A stretch of DNA of 64,000 nucleotides from positions 43,464,001 to 43,528,000 of the forward strand of contig NC_045696.1 in NCBI RefSeq assembly GCF_009834535.1. The letters are read 5' to 3'. Within the stretch, counting starts at the first letter, position 1, and each line of letters opens with the position of its first letter. The notes beneath the pieces are model-generated. The model ran no database searches and was not told the origin of the DNA. It saw nothing but the letters and a program-made list of their open reading frames with translations. The DNA is from Camelus ferus. Taxonomy: Eukaryota. Positions 38,590 through 52,029 of this stretch are shown piece after piece. The translations under genes were made by a program, and so were the position numbers.

Positions 38590-39082
38590 TACTTTTCACT
38601 TTTCGATTGCTGCTATAACAAATTACCATAAAGTTAACAACTTAAAACAAGACAAATGTATTATCTTACAGTTTTATAGGTCAGGAGTCTGACATGGGTT
38701 TTATCAGGCTAAAATCTAAGTGTCAGCAGCCTGCAGTCTTCCTAAAGGCTCTAGCAGAGAATCCATTTCCTTGTTCATTCATGTTATTGACAAAATTCAG
38801 TTCCTTTCAGTTGTAGAATTGAGTTCTCCATTTTCTTGCTGGGGTTATCCATCTTCCTGGTTATCTATCCAGCTTCTAGAAGATATCCACGTTCCATTCC
38901 ACACAATCTCCTTCCTTCATCTTGGAAGCTGGTAATGGTAGTTCAAATTCCTCCCACACTCCAAATCTATTCTGTTTCTTCTTTCTACTGTTGCTTCTCT
39001 CTGACCAAATCTTCTACCTTCCTCTTCTACTTTTGAGGACGCATGTGATTAAACTGGGCCAGCCTCTACCACCCATGATAGC
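38590..39082 (-). mobile_element. MaLR LTR (MLT1D/E-like)
   Basis: 'attgctgctataacaaattacca...cttaaaacaa...attatcttacagttt..taggtcaggagtctgacatggg', 'ggctcta..agagaatccatttccttg' and 'catgtgatta.actgggcc'. Confidence 0.85.
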
Positions 39083-39267
39083 TTGATAGCTTTTCTTCAA
39101 GCATTCCAGGTTTCTCTACTTATTTTCATCATAATTTTAATTCAAGACAATGCGTGTAATCTTACACAAAGACAAGAATTGTCAGGCTCTAGAGAGCCAT
39201 GGTTGTGTCATTCAGAATTCCAGAGAGATGGAAAAATATGAAGAAAAACTGTTGAAGGAAACCAAGT

Positions 39268-39660
39268 TGTGATGCATTAAGGTTTAGCGAAACAGGAATG
39301 CATGACAACCCCAGGTCTGAGGAAGGGAAGAGTGATACGGTTACTGGCACCTTGGGTGACTGGAAACATGGAAGGGAGAGCTGCTTAACTAAGAGTTGTA
39401 TTTGTGTTTGTGGTCAAACACAAACACACTCAGAAGTAGGTTAACAATATATTCCGGGAGTGGGGAAAAGAATCTCCACGTGTCTCTCCTCTAGCACTCT
39501 GATCTTGCCAATTTATCCCTCTAGCCAGATCCTACAGGAAACTAGAAACAAAGGCAAGTATAGCAATGGGGACTATGAGGGAGCCTAGGAAAACTCCTCT
39601 ACTCAAGGCAAAGTGCAGAATAGTAGAGGGTAGAGACTAGATATGTGTGAGGAGGCACAC
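39268..39660 (-). mobile_element. Probable ancient LTR fragment (ERVL/MaLR)
   Basis: 'tctctcctc..cactctgatctt...ccctctagccagatcctacaggaaactagaaacaaagg...gcagaatagtagagggtagagactagat' resembles reversed old MLT/LTR sequence. Confidence 0.4.
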
Positions 39661-39700
39661 CACAGGGAATAAACAAGATTTATTGCCCAGTAGTTTAGGA

Positions 39701-39917
39701 CAGGATGGCAATTTTCTCTATAAATGGCCAGATAGTAAATATTTTAGGCTTAGTGGATCACACAGTCTTTGTTGCAATTACTCAACTATACCTCTATAAA
39801 GAAAAGCAACTCTAGAAAATACATAAAGAATATAGGTGGCTGAGTTGCAAAACAATCCTGTTTACAAAATAGAAGGCTGGGCAGATTCAGCCCATGGGGC
39901 ATAGTTTACTGACCCTG
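39701..39917. mobile_element. MER58A-like hAT-Charlie element
   Basis: 'ggccagatagtaaatattttaggctt...gtctttgttgcaattactcaact...catagtttactgaccctg', with flanks 'gtttagga' and 'atctaggg' resembling a decayed 8-bp TSD. Confidence 0.85.
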
Positions 39918-42079
39918 ATCTAGGGCATAGGCTTTGGAATGGTGAAAAGTATTAAACTCTTGTTCCAAAAACTCATGGCTTAGGCTGCTGTTAATGCCAA
40001 GTAATATACAGGCCCTCCTACTGTCAGCCAAAGATGGCATTTCCCAACATTCCTCATACTGAGGAATAGTATGGCTCAGTATGGCTGAGATCTTAGCCAA
40101 AGAGGTGTGTAGAAGTGATGCCTACAATTTCTACGTGGTTTTCTTAAAGGGAAAGTATGTGTCCTCTGCTTCCTCTTTCCTGCCAGTTTGAATTTGGACC
40201 CAGTGAATACGGTGGTGATCCATCTTTTAATCACTGCCAAGGAATGAGAATAAAATAAGTCATAAATGTGATCAGTACATTTATTTCTCAAAGTATAGTC
40301 TAAGGCCTGTAGAGGAATAAAACAACTTCTGCAAATCAAATCCTTCCTAGGCATCAGAAATCTAATCCAGACTCCCAACCTCACAAGTGAGAAAACAGAC
40401 CTAGAGAGTTTGATGAGCTTGTAAACTTTCTGACTGGGTAATATCTTCACTTTAGAGTAACAGAGGCACTTGTCACAGGCTGGTGAGGAAATCCTCCTTT
40501 CTCAGCTCTGGAGAGGAGTCTGAAGTCCGTCATTCCTTTATGTTTCCAAATCACTTCCAACTGCTTCTTCTCTAAATCAACTCACCTGTATTAGATTAGT
40601 ATTAGAATAGTTTAGATAGACTTTAGAATAGAATATTTAAATAGACTATAAATTATTTAATGACTCTTTTGTAACCTATAAGATGAAATCATATTTATTT
40701 GGTATTTTACCCAAGTGTACTGTGAACCACTCCAGATTCATCTCATATCCTTTTTCTTTACCACAACCCCTTGCCAATCTGGTTATGCAAATAAATGCAG
40801 TTCTCTGCAGAGTTTCCTTGTTTTTTATGTCACCAAGCCCTTGGTAATATATATACTTTCAGCCAAAACACTCTGTCCTCCCATTATTTTCCCAGTTCCT
40901 TTCTATGTGCCTTTTAGGACTTAGTTCAGGTATCTCCTTCTGGTTCTGTTCTTAAGTAGAACATCAGGTATTTCTTACATGTTCTGCTATAGTGTAACAT
41001 CATATTTTGTCATGAATTTTTACTTGTCCCTACTACTGTTTTTTATCTGAGTGTTCTCAGATAAATAGCAGATGTTCAAAGTTCAAAGCCACAACTACAA
41101 TTAGAGATTTAAAAAATCGGGTTTCTTCACCTTCAATCTAGTTTACTTCTCACTTTACCACATTGTCTTGAGTCCTACAAAATAACTACAAATGACTTCT
41201 TGAGAGAATCTAAATGATTTGCATAAAGAATACAATTCTATGTAAACATAGTGTCATACCTAAAAAAAAAAACTAGCTATAATCAACAATAACTTAACTT
41301 GCCTTAGGCTTAAGCAGAATTAGAGTTATTGCCTTATAGGTTGTTGAGGAAAATTTGCCATATACAACTAGAAAAGTTACTTAATAATCTAGGACTGTAA
41401 TCATAGGGGCAAACTGTGTAGAATGAGCCAGTACATTCTACAGCATGAAAAAAAAAGGGGGAAAAGCTTCAGCTGTAATCAGTGGGGAAGGCCCAAAGGA
41501 GAAAGAACCATTGGGTTTAACTGAAAGCTATACACATTTTCAAAAGCTATCAAGGAGGTAAACAATTTCCAGGAATTTGTTGGTTATAAAAAGAATGAAA
41601 AGAAGGAGGGTAAAAGTCAGAAGTAACAAAATCTATTCTGCAATAGACATGGTAAATAATGTTGCACTGTAGTCTCAATGAATTAATACACATTTACTAA
41701 GAGTTTCTCTCTGGAGCCTGGATCAAGTCTGGCATTGCAGCATGCTTAAATGTGGTTAACGTAGTACAGATAAATCAGAAGGCAAATGATACCAGTGTAA
41801 TCCTTTTATCTCCAGCTATTTCATAATTTCTCTAAACTCAAACAATTTCTTTGACTCAAATTTTTCATTTGTAATAAAAGATAAGCAGTTATATCTTTAA
41901 ACCCAGATAATGATAGATTGTGCTTTTATCCTGCCCCAGTGAAAATCCTGGAAACTTTTATTCTGAATAGCATCTTTGGTGCATATCCCAGATGATGACA
42001 TTAAGTATCAAAGAAAACAGCACAAAGGCAAAGCAATTCATCTGAAATCACTGTGGGGATGAGATAGATGATTCATTAA

Positions 42080-42195
42080 ACTACATTTAACCCATATTTA
42101 GCAAGTACCTAACATATGTCAGCACTGTGTCTGATTTAAAGATGAAGAGGGCAAGTGATACAAGCCTCTGCCTCAATGAGCTTACAAACCAGTTA
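42080..42195 (-). mobile_element. L2 3' fragment
   Basis: 'atattta..aagtacctaa..atgtcagcactgtg...ctctgcctcaatgagcttaca'. Confidence 0.6.
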
Positions 42196-42499
42196 ATTAA
42201 AACCTGTTGAAGCAGTGAACTGGCATAGGTTCAAGCTTCAGACTATGCATTTGATTGCACTCCATGCTTCAGCTGATCCACTAGAATGAGGAAAAATGCT
42301 ATTGGTCACAAGCTGGCATCCAAGTTAGAGTTCAGTTGGTTCACTTTAGCAAAGGCCATTTTCAATACAGGGGCAGAGGAAAATGTATTCCTCCACATAT
42401 GAGTAAGAGACCAACTCCTTGTTAACTCTGACATATGATAGTCCAAAGACCAATCACTGCCTAGACCTGGTTAAAAAAACGCTTCTGCCACTTGAAGCA

Positions 42500-42690
42500 A
42501 TCTAGTGTATTAAAATGAATATTGGATGGGGTGACAGGGGACAAGTGTCTAGTTCTGGGGCTGCTTTGACTCAGTGGGTGATTTTGCAGCCTAATATTTA
42601 CTCTCTTTGAACTTCAGTTTCTTAACATGCAGAATGATAAGGGATTTGCTATATGAACTTCTACCTATTTTCTGATCAAAAATTCCATAA
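42500..42690 (+). mobile_element. MIR (MIR3/MIRc-like)
   Basis: 'tctagttctgg..ctgc..tgact...gtga...tttactctctttgaacttcagtttctt..atgcagaatg'. Confidence 0.65.
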
Positions 42691-44591
42691 ACCTTCAGTC
42701 TTTCATACTATTCTATCTCAATGTTTTCCTCCGTTTAGGAATTCTTAAAGTATCTGTAACCTTTGCTCATGTAAAATTGTAGTCCTTTTGTGATTACAGA
42801 GGCTGGTAGGTACTGGATTTGAAAACCCAGCTGAGACATTCTGAGACTATCTTTCTACATTGCTTGTTGAGTAAGATGAGAAAATAGAGGATGTTTTGAA
42901 AGGCTGATGAAAATGTAGGGAACATTTAAAAAAAAATAAATGACTGAGTGTCTTGACTCACCAGTAATACAATAAGCAACTAGAGGTCAGGGACCCTGGC
43001 TTTTAGTTCCTTTTATTCTCCATAGTGATGAGCACACTAATGGAAGTAATTGAATCTTAGTAGAGGATGAGCTAATTCATAACATTAAGAACTATTAAAG
43101 ATCACCCTTACGAAGGAGCAGAGGTTGAATCTTTGGTAAAATAATTTTTTTTTTAAATAAACACCTACTGCCTGTCTCTGTGTGCCAGAAGACTGTCACT
43201 ATGATACCTTTTGTCTTCATTCAACAGTTGGAAATACTTTCATCAGATCTTTTAATATATTTCAAATTGATTTTTAAAGAATGGACTTAAATAGCAAATC
43301 TAAGCCATATCCCTTTATCTTGTTTGTGGGAACCTGGCTGGTAGAGTTTAGCTGGAACAGACGTAATCTTAACTTTGAAATCTTTTCAATCTCATATAAC
43401 CAGAAAATGTGTGTGTTGATTCAGCTCTACAAGCTATGCTCACTGTCATCACTTGTACTTCTGATCAAGATGTCTAGAGAGTAAAAACCCTGTGGTGCAA
43501 ATATTTCTGAGTACAAGAAGCTGAGTGTTTGGGCAGAAGCTGCCCCCAGAGCCTCTAGAGCAGTGACTGAATTCATTGACAGGAGAAACCCAGGGTAAGG
43601 CTGGGTGTCATTGTCTTCTTCCCATGTGTACCTTATAGTCATTATAAGACGCAAAACTAAAACTGTACTTATTTCCACAAAACTGTGGGATTCATGCTCG
43701 ATTTTTAGTAGAATATTTTTGAACTTGCAGATTAAAGAGAGATTCAACATACACCGGAAAAGCATTGTGCAGCCTGCCAAGCACACATCCGTTTAAATTT
43801 CAAGTGACCCCTTTGCTCCTGAACTTGCCAATCCATGTGATGCCATGCTTAAATTTTATAAAGAGTTCAATTTAAATACTACATTAATGGGACATTAAGG
43901 CTCACATTTTTAATCATTAATAGTTCTCAGGCAAATAATTCAGTTACCTTTCACAGCCACTGTCACCAAGGCAAATTTACACCTCATTTATTTTCTAATA
44001 AATTCAGCACAAAAATTGAACATATGCACACAAACCAAAACAATTTTTCTCCTCAAGAAGTACATAATTACCAGGACTTTCAAAATATAGCACAAAGCAA
44101 AAGGACAATTTCACATTTATCAGGATCATTTGATGAACATAGATAAACCTAGAAAGTCAAAATGTGGGGACCTGATTTTATTTCTTAAATTTACCAAATA
44201 ATTAATAATATTTTCTGTATTTTACTATGCCAGAATTACTTAACTAAACAGGGGTTAAGTAACCTGTATTTTGGTTAATTTACATTTGACTGAGTAGATA
44301 CTAAGATACAGGTTTTTCCATGGAAGTAAAGGTAACTTGTATATGTTTATAATCTCCCTATTTTGGAAGCATTAGCTACAGAATAATAAGTCTACAGGGT
44401 AATTGATATCTTAGTTCTTTCCAATTGATCATGAATTGATTTTCAAGTTCTTTGAAATAACCCATTTTCAGTCAGCTTACTATCATTGGTTGTCTCTCCA
44501 TTATCCATTTTCCCTATAGACTTTCCTAAATAGTATCTGATTTTTTATTTGAATGTTTACCCTTCTCCCTAGTAGCCTATATATTTTAGAC

Positions 44592-44791
44592 CTGTACTAT
44601 GCAGTAGAGTAGCCACTAGCTACTCATAGCTATTAAAATTTAAATTGATTAAAGTTAAATAAAAATAAAAGATACTAGGAACATTTCACATGCTCAACAG
44701 CCACAGTGGCTAGTAGCTTACTAGCTGTCATAGTGAACAGCACAGATAAAGAATATTTCCATTATTGCAGGAAGTTCCATTGACAGTGCCA
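44592..44791. mobile_element. MER3-like hAT-Charlie element
   Basis: 'gtagccactagctac...catttcacatgctcaacagccacagtggctagt...acagcacagata.agaatatttccattattgcag.aagttc.attg'. Confidence 0.85.
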
Positions 44792-44845
44792 GGTTAAGTA
44801 CTTAATACCAATTCCAAGGCAAGAAACTAGATTGAATTAAATCAT

Positions 44846-44870
44846 ACACACACACACACACACACACACA
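44846..44870. repeat. (CA)n microsatellite
   Basis: About 12 CA units, directly visible. Confidence 0.9.
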
Positions 44871-44929
44871 TATTTATATGTTCCATTTCACAGTAATGTC
44901 AAGGTGAATTTTAGAATTCTTGCTAGAAA

Positions 44930-45109
44930 TGCTGCGAAAGCAAAACTAAGTCTTTGACAGTATCATTAAGTCTTCTAGACCAATGAACCCTGAAGCCTGC
45001 CCAACCTCTGGACTTTCCAGATAAATGACTCAATTAACTCTTAATAAGCCAAGTTTGAACTGTGATTTGTTTTTAATTACTTGCTACATTTAGGCATTTT
45101 AGTAGTACA
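44930..45109 (+). mobile_element. Old MaLR LTR 3' fragment (MLT1J-like)
   Basis: 'cctgaagcc...cctctggactttccag...taagccaagtttga...ttacttgc'. Confidence 0.6.
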
Positions 45110-45114
45110 GTCTG

Positions 45115-45395
45115 TAAGTATTCAATTGAGTATTTAGTTTTATTATCATTGTGCTAAGTAGTGTTGAAAATTATAAGGGTAAAATAGGCATGGATATACA
45201 TTCAAATAGTTTGCTCTTTATCTGGAGAAGAAAGATACATTACATATTTAGGTATCAAACTGTATAGAACAGGCTATGAGGACACTTAAAAATCATAGAG
45301 AAAGGAGGTCACTGAGGGCTAGACTATTCATGAATATCTAAAGGAGGTTTGGCTTGGCTCAGCCTTGAAGGATAGTGAGGGTTGGCTGGGAGCAG
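45115..45395 (-). mobile_element. L2 fragment
   Basis: 'attcaa..gagtattt...cattgtgctaag', 'gctatgagga' and 'gccttgaaggatag'. Confidence 0.5.
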
Positions 45396-45739
45396 GTGAA
45401 CTCACTCTAGTCTACTCTCAGTTAGCAGTTCTGGCTTATAATAAAATGGCCTGTGATAGGCTCCTCTAACAGGAAGCATTACTTCCATACTCAGTACCAG
45501 TTCAAATTTCAGAAATATGAAATGCATTATATTATTCTTCACTTTCATATTAAATGCCAAAGTGTCACTAAATGTGAAAGCAGAAAGAGAATCAAAGTTA
45601 AGAAATGCAAATGATTTTTTTTTTTAGTTTTTTTTGTTTTTTTGTTTTGTTTTTGCTATCATCAATCCTAATCTATGGTGACAAGCATGGAAGATAATAG
45701 CAGCAGCAGTAACATTAACTATAATATCACTATTACTAA

Positions 45740-45930
45740 AAATATGATAAAACATTTAAATATAGTTCTTAATGCTTAAAAAGTCTCATTTGATAATGAA
45801 AACACCCACAGTGAAATATTACAGATGAGAAGTCAAAGACTTAGAGTCTAGTAACTTGCAAGGGACTACACCTTTGGTAAGTGATAGAGTCAAAGATTCA
45901 GCCCATATTTGACCCCAAGGTCAACATACT
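45740..45930 (-). mobile_element. MIR fragment
   Basis: 'ttacagatgagaag...gtaacttgc...gtaagtgatagagtcaaagattc'. Confidence 0.6.
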
Positions 45931-45959
45931 GAAGTACTTAAATAGGAAGATCAAAATGT

Positions 45960-46073
45960 GCATATTAATAATTTAATTTATTTTTATAATATTATAAAAT
46001 ATGTAATTTATAATATATATTTATAAAATATAATTTATTATTAATAATATTAATAATAAAAGTAATTTTATTA
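45960..46073. repeat. AT-only low-complexity tract
   Basis: About 110 bp almost exclusively A/T. Confidence 0.85.
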
Positions 46074-46208
46074 GTGGAACTACCAGAAAATCTGAGTATT
46101 TAGAGATGTTTTACTTGAGTAAAGACAATTTTACTTTTCAGAAATACAGTTTAAAAATTTTGTATTTTGAATTCTTAAAACCTTATCCAGTACTTTCACC
46201 TAGATTCT

Positions 46209-46727
46209 TATGGTGAACAGAACTAGAAGACAGGCCCCATGATCCCAGCCTCCTATTCTGGCTTGCCTAGAAACTTGCTGCTAACTAATATGTTAGAGCC
46301 AAGGTGATGGGATGTTACTTCTCTGATTAGGCTGCAAAAGTTACAACTTCTGTCTTACTAACATAGTCTCTTCCTTGCTGCCTTTGATAAAGCAAGCTGC
46401 CATATGGAGAGGCCCACATGTCAAGAAGTTGAGAGTGGCTTTCAGTCAACAAGTGGCAAGGCTCTCAGTTCAACAGTCTGCAAGGAATTAAATCCTGCAA
46501 ATAACCATGTCAGTTTGGATGCAGATTCTTCCCCATTTGAACTTTCAAATGAGATCTCAGCCCTGTGTCACTCTGCTTGCAGTCTTGAAACAGACTCTGA
46601 GGCAGAGGATCCAGCTTAGTAACGCCTGCATTCCTGATGCACAGAAACTGTGAGTTAATACATGTGTGTGTTGCTTTAAGCCACTAAGTTTGTGGTAACT
46701 TGCTATGCAACAATAGATAACTAATGC
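46209..46727 (+). mobile_element. MaLR solo LTR (MLT1E/F-like)
   Basis: 'aaggtgatgggatg', 'gcaagctgccat..ggagaggcccacatg.caag', 'aatcctgc.aataaccatg', 'attcctga..cacagaaactgtgag' and 'taagccactaagtttgtggtaa...caatagataactaat'. Confidence 0.85.
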
Positions 46728-49700
46728 TATTGCTATATTTGGTTATTGGCAATACCTGGAAGGTAGGTCAATAAGTACTTTCTATTTAACAAAGGAGAAA
46801 ACCAAGTTTCAGAAATGTTATATTAATTGTCCAAGATGGCAAAGATAAGCCTATGATTAAATCCAGGGTAATTTCCTTCTCCTGTCAATTAGGCAAACTT
46901 TTGCACTGTACTTGAATATTTAGAAAAATGTAAGAGAATATTTTATCTTGCCTATGGTGGAAAATATTTTTTATTTGTATGATCCAAATAAATGCAAATC
47001 ATTTGATCTGAATACCTATCTTGGCTTTAAATTGGTTCATCATAGTTACTTATTTCAATGTCCTATCTTAGTGATCAGACATTCACATAAACACAGCTGC
47101 AAGGTTTAAAAATGGATTTCACAGATAGTCCTGATGCCTCTCACTGCATTCTTCCATCTTAACACCTCAGGGAGCTAGCTAGCTATCCCCACTATAATGG
47201 ATTTAGGCTCATCTTAAAAAAAATTCAGATCATGTACTAACACAAATATGAATATATAAAGATCAAGTGGTGGTAGTCTGGATGCCGTATGTGTGCTGGC
47301 TACAAATAGGAATGCAAAACTGATTATTGAATATATATTTTTATAATGTATTTATTTTATTTTAGGAAACAGGCTCTAGCTACCTGGTAGAAGGAAAAAT
47401 ATCTCCTTCCTAGTAAAGCAAAACTGGATAATTCACACTGAACATCATAACCTTGCAACCTGGCTTATTGGTTTAGCCATTAGTTGGATCATGTGGCTGG
47501 ATAGCTACCTTTATAGTTCACTGGGTGATGGTATTGTGACATTATGTTCTAGCTATGGTGGTCAAACATTGTATTAGATGCAGTTTAGGGAAAGTGCTTT
47601 TCCTGCTGAGGATTTAATAGCATTGATGTTCAATACCATACATGCTTCAGTATAAAGCATGACTGAGAAAAATCTTGGCAATTATCTGATAACTATCAAA
47701 TCTTTCTGTTTTCATTTGTCACACAGCTTAATTTATGCCCACTGTGACTGGAGTGTGGTCAAAACTAGTGATTATAATTTGACATTTCAAATCATTCTTT
47801 CACTTGTCTCCTATATATCTATACCCTCTCTTAATCTACTTCTGCCTATAAATCAATTCTTACTTTTAAAAACGGGCAGGGACATAAGAATCCTTGACTT
47901 AATGCAACCGAACACAATCTATAATTATTGTCCCTTATTTGTTTGTTTTGCTAAAGTGCTTGTTCACTGTTGAACCCAAGCCTATTTTTTCAGTAAATTT
48001 CCTTTAGTGATCGTGATACTTGTTCCTCAGATATACGTGCTTAAAGAAGAATTACTGATATGAAGGAACCTATAGTTAAAACACTCAAGATATTCCAACC
48101 GTATTCTTGAAGTCACTCTATCACTGTCTGTATGCCCTGAGACAACTCATTTCACTAAGTTTCAAATTCTTTAATTGTAAAATGGGACTTTATGTACTAT
48201 GAGCCTCCAAAAAATAATTATTTCAGCGATATGTAGTCCTTCATAGTAAAGGCTCTTAGTCCAATCCACATAGATTTTAGACAGTTTATTAGGATAGAGT
48301 CATTGATGCAGGTTAATATGGATGCTTTAACCTAGTGTAACTACCTAGTATAATTTGGGTAATAAATATGACTATTCAGAGGGACAACAATGCAGTTAGC
48401 ACTCATTTTTTTCCCTAAGTAAAATCTTACTGTAAGAATAAATGATGATTGATTTTTCTTCTTAATATATACTACTATGAATTCTTGTCTTCGGTCTTAA
48501 CAAACACAACAATCTGACAAGAGTATATATAGTTTGCTTGTTTGTTTAAGAAGAACTAAACAATCATAGTTATGAGTGCCTTTTATCTCTCACTAACATG
48601 TTTGGTGTCCTGGAATGGCTTTTAAAAAACATTCTGTTTTCCTAAGACCAACATTGTTCATAACATCTCAACATTGTATATTTGAACATAGAAGCCAGAA
48701 AGCTTTATAAAAGTGAATAATATAAACGAGAAGGAAAAGAACTATCACAATTATATCTAGAAGTATTAGGATGGGCAATAAAACAATGAAACGGCCATAT
48801 CAGGAAAGACAAATAGCACTGTAGTTTTGAACTGATTCAAAGATATGAGATAAAAGAAAACTATAGAGTTTACATTAGTGTATTAATATACAAAATTGTA
48901 GCAACAAAAATATAATGATGAAGCAAATGGCAATGCTTCAAATGCGGTCAAATGATTAATGCAATCAACCTATAGTCTCAAACTTCATTAGTTAGCCCAA
49001 AGTGGCTTTTTCTATTAATGAAATTAACCAAGCAATTTCCAAGTGCAGGGTTTATGTATGTGCTATCCTACACTGATATTCATATATAGCTCAACTATTA
49101 ATATGTATACACATAATGTGTATATATATGCAGAAATGCTTAATTTATAACACTTTACAGTGATAATTCTACTGTCTTAATCCCCACTTAAGTATGTTCA
49201 CTCAATTAAATTAACCATATCCTCCATAAATCTCCTGAGGATATGGTACTACTGATTCCCTTTCTCTCATCATTGTGGATTATATCTGTGTCCTGCTGAA
49301 GACTTACTAGACAAGTACCCAGAAATTTCATTTTCAAAATTATTTGGAATTCTTAAGATTAAATGACATTGCAATATGTATTTACTTGTCAATTTTGTGA
49401 TATATACCTTGCTAAACAACCTTTTAATTAAGTAATTATATATTTTCTGGGATGGAGTTAATGATAATTATGCTCTTGTTCTAAGTAACTATGGGTGTTC
49501 AAAAACTTAATGTACAGTCAGGATATCAACTCCATTCCACACAAGCGAGAGTGTGGGACCATTGAATCAGACCCAGAATAAAACGCACAGACAGGTTTCT
49601 CATGCATAATTTTGACAGTAGTATCTTGAACTAGTAATTCAATTATAATGGAATACTAATAATAGCATTGAAAAAGCATATAGCATGATTATAATTTATC

Positions 49701-52029
49701 ATGTAAAAATTATGCTTTTTTTCTTCCTCAATGGTTTGTAAGCAGCAGAAGAAATCCTTTGGAGTGAAACAGAATATAAGGCTTTCTTAAATCTAACAGC
49801 TTTTGGAATGAATTTCCTTGATTTTATCTCCTTCTAGTTCTAATGGGTATGCTAGGTAGATCCCGGGAATATGACTGAAGGAAAACAGGGTGAAAATTTT
49901 TGTTTGCAGGAAAGCCATTTCCTCATGTAACATTTGGCTAGCTAAAAAATTACTTTAAAAAATGTTCTTTTACCCGCAAGTCCCCATTTTCTCAGGTTGC
50001 CTTTCTGCACTGTTTCAAAGCAGATAAAGCCTGTGAATCCAGGCTAAATTTTGTCAAGTGAACAAAACCAAACTGGATCCAAGACAATCAGCTCATTTTG
50101 AACCTTGTAAATATCCCTTCATTTGCCACTCATTTGAATTGCTTTCAAATAGTTTGGCAATAGTTTATATATACATATATATTTTTTTCATACATATGTG
50201 CATGTGTGTGTGTGTATGTATACTCCTAGTTTTCTGGAGCAGAAGGGACATCATCATGAAAAGTTCCTGGGATTCAAGAAATAAGAAGGTATCAGCCTTC
50301 TTATATGATAGTGTCCTAAATACCATAACTTTTGGACTTCACAGAGACAGACAGTATTAGAGAAGTGCAAGGTAATAATGCGGCTTCACTGTGTGGCCAA
50401 GAGCTGTTCAGTTTTTCCCTTTAAATGAAGTGAGTGGATGCTGATAGAGCCTTAAATAATGTTCTCACCCCTGTTTGATTTAGTGTATAACTTGAAGGCT
50501 GCCATAGATTTGTTCAATGAACCTTGATGGATGTTTCCCATCATTGCTTTTTTCTAGCTGTATCAAGGCCAAGGTCCACCAGATGTCAGTACAATATAAA
50601 TAATCCAAATTCTTTTATTTAAAAACTAAATACGGAAGACAAAAAGAGAACTGCTACAAAATAAACCCACTTCATTAAATTTTAAAATATTTATCTATAC
50701 CAAATAGAGTTAGCAAAACGGGTCAATATACTCTACGATATGATTTTTAAATGGCTTCTTTCTAATAGCTCTCTGTTAATATTAAGGTAATCTTTTAAAG
50801 CTGATTTTGTATTTCTCTTTCTTCCTTCTGTTTCATTATCATTCAGTTCTATTTTTTTCCAGATGACTTCTTTATTCACTGATGGTTTTACATATTAACA
50901 TTTCCATTTTACATTTTTCTCCTGAATGTTTTTTCCATTCTAGAAAGAGGGTCACATCATGACAGCAGTGTTTTCCCTGACACATGTTTTTATATGACCA
51001 CAGTTAAAGGTAAATGTGTCTAACACCTATTGGCAATAAGTTGAACTCTTGTATGTTTAGATAGGCTAATAACTTTTTTCCAAATATTTTTGAAATTATA
51101 CTTTTAGTTGTTGTTTTGTATAATTAACACAAACACACCCACACACAGAGATACATAATGAAGAAAAAAAAAAGATTCAGTAGGAGTGAGCCAAAAGGTA
51201 TGACCAACCCCATCTCTGCCTCTCTTTGTTCATAGATTCCTTGTGTGGAAAGGCTATCAGAGAGGGTTTGCTCCTGATACTCAGTATCAAAGGAGTTCTC
51301 TCTGATTTGGTTTCTTTCTTTTCAATTTCTTTCTTTCCCAATACTGACATCTATGTCTTACTATATCTACTGTGAATACTGCATAAAGATATATAGTGAC
51401 AGACTATAAGGACAAAGTAATGTGAGAAATGGACAAAGTGATTCCAACTTTTATGCTTACAACTCTTAATGATAAGCTTTGCCAACCTGAGAATTATGCC
51501 ATAGGCAGCATCTCCAGCTGCTATTTTATTCTTGCATTTACAACACAGAAGCCACCATCTCGTTCCTTTAAAGAAATACCAAATTAGAGCTTTCATCTAA
51601 TACTTAGCTAATTCTTTCCTCAGGCCTTTGAGTATGCTCAAATATAGTTTCAAATTTCTTTTTGCACCAAAAATTTGTTTATTCTTTTATTTAAATAAAT
51701 GAAGTGCCTGCTTTTTGTGCCACATTCTGTGTATCTCATGAGTTTGTAATCAAGTCAAAGGGACCAGTCACGTGAACAAAGAGCTTAAAAAAATAGGCTG
51801 GGGCTGTTGTGATATAATTCTCTACGAGAAACAGTAAATTTGCAGGATGTAAATGACTCATATTTACTTGAAAGGAACAGTTATGTTGGGCTGAGTCCAA
51901 CAAAGTCAGGAAAACTTAGTGCTCAAACACCTGAGGAATGACCATCAAGGTTCTATCAGTAAAGTCAGTGAAACCAAAGTGCTGGCACAATATGAAGAAA
52001 AGGGTGAACAATTTAAAATAAAATACTAG

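Noticed and set aside
40076..40450. 124-aa minus-strand ORF (also 43427-43786, 31423-31755, 60410-60748, 54274-54456)
   Set aside because: No recognisable homology or convincing splice boundaries. Such lengths are expected by chance, especially with alternative start codons allowed.
40588..40655. Degenerate (TAGA/TTAGA)-type repeat, also about 14500-14545 and 32245-32295
   Set aside because: Ordinary decayed microsatellite or low-complexity sequence, not telomeric and not an array with spacers.
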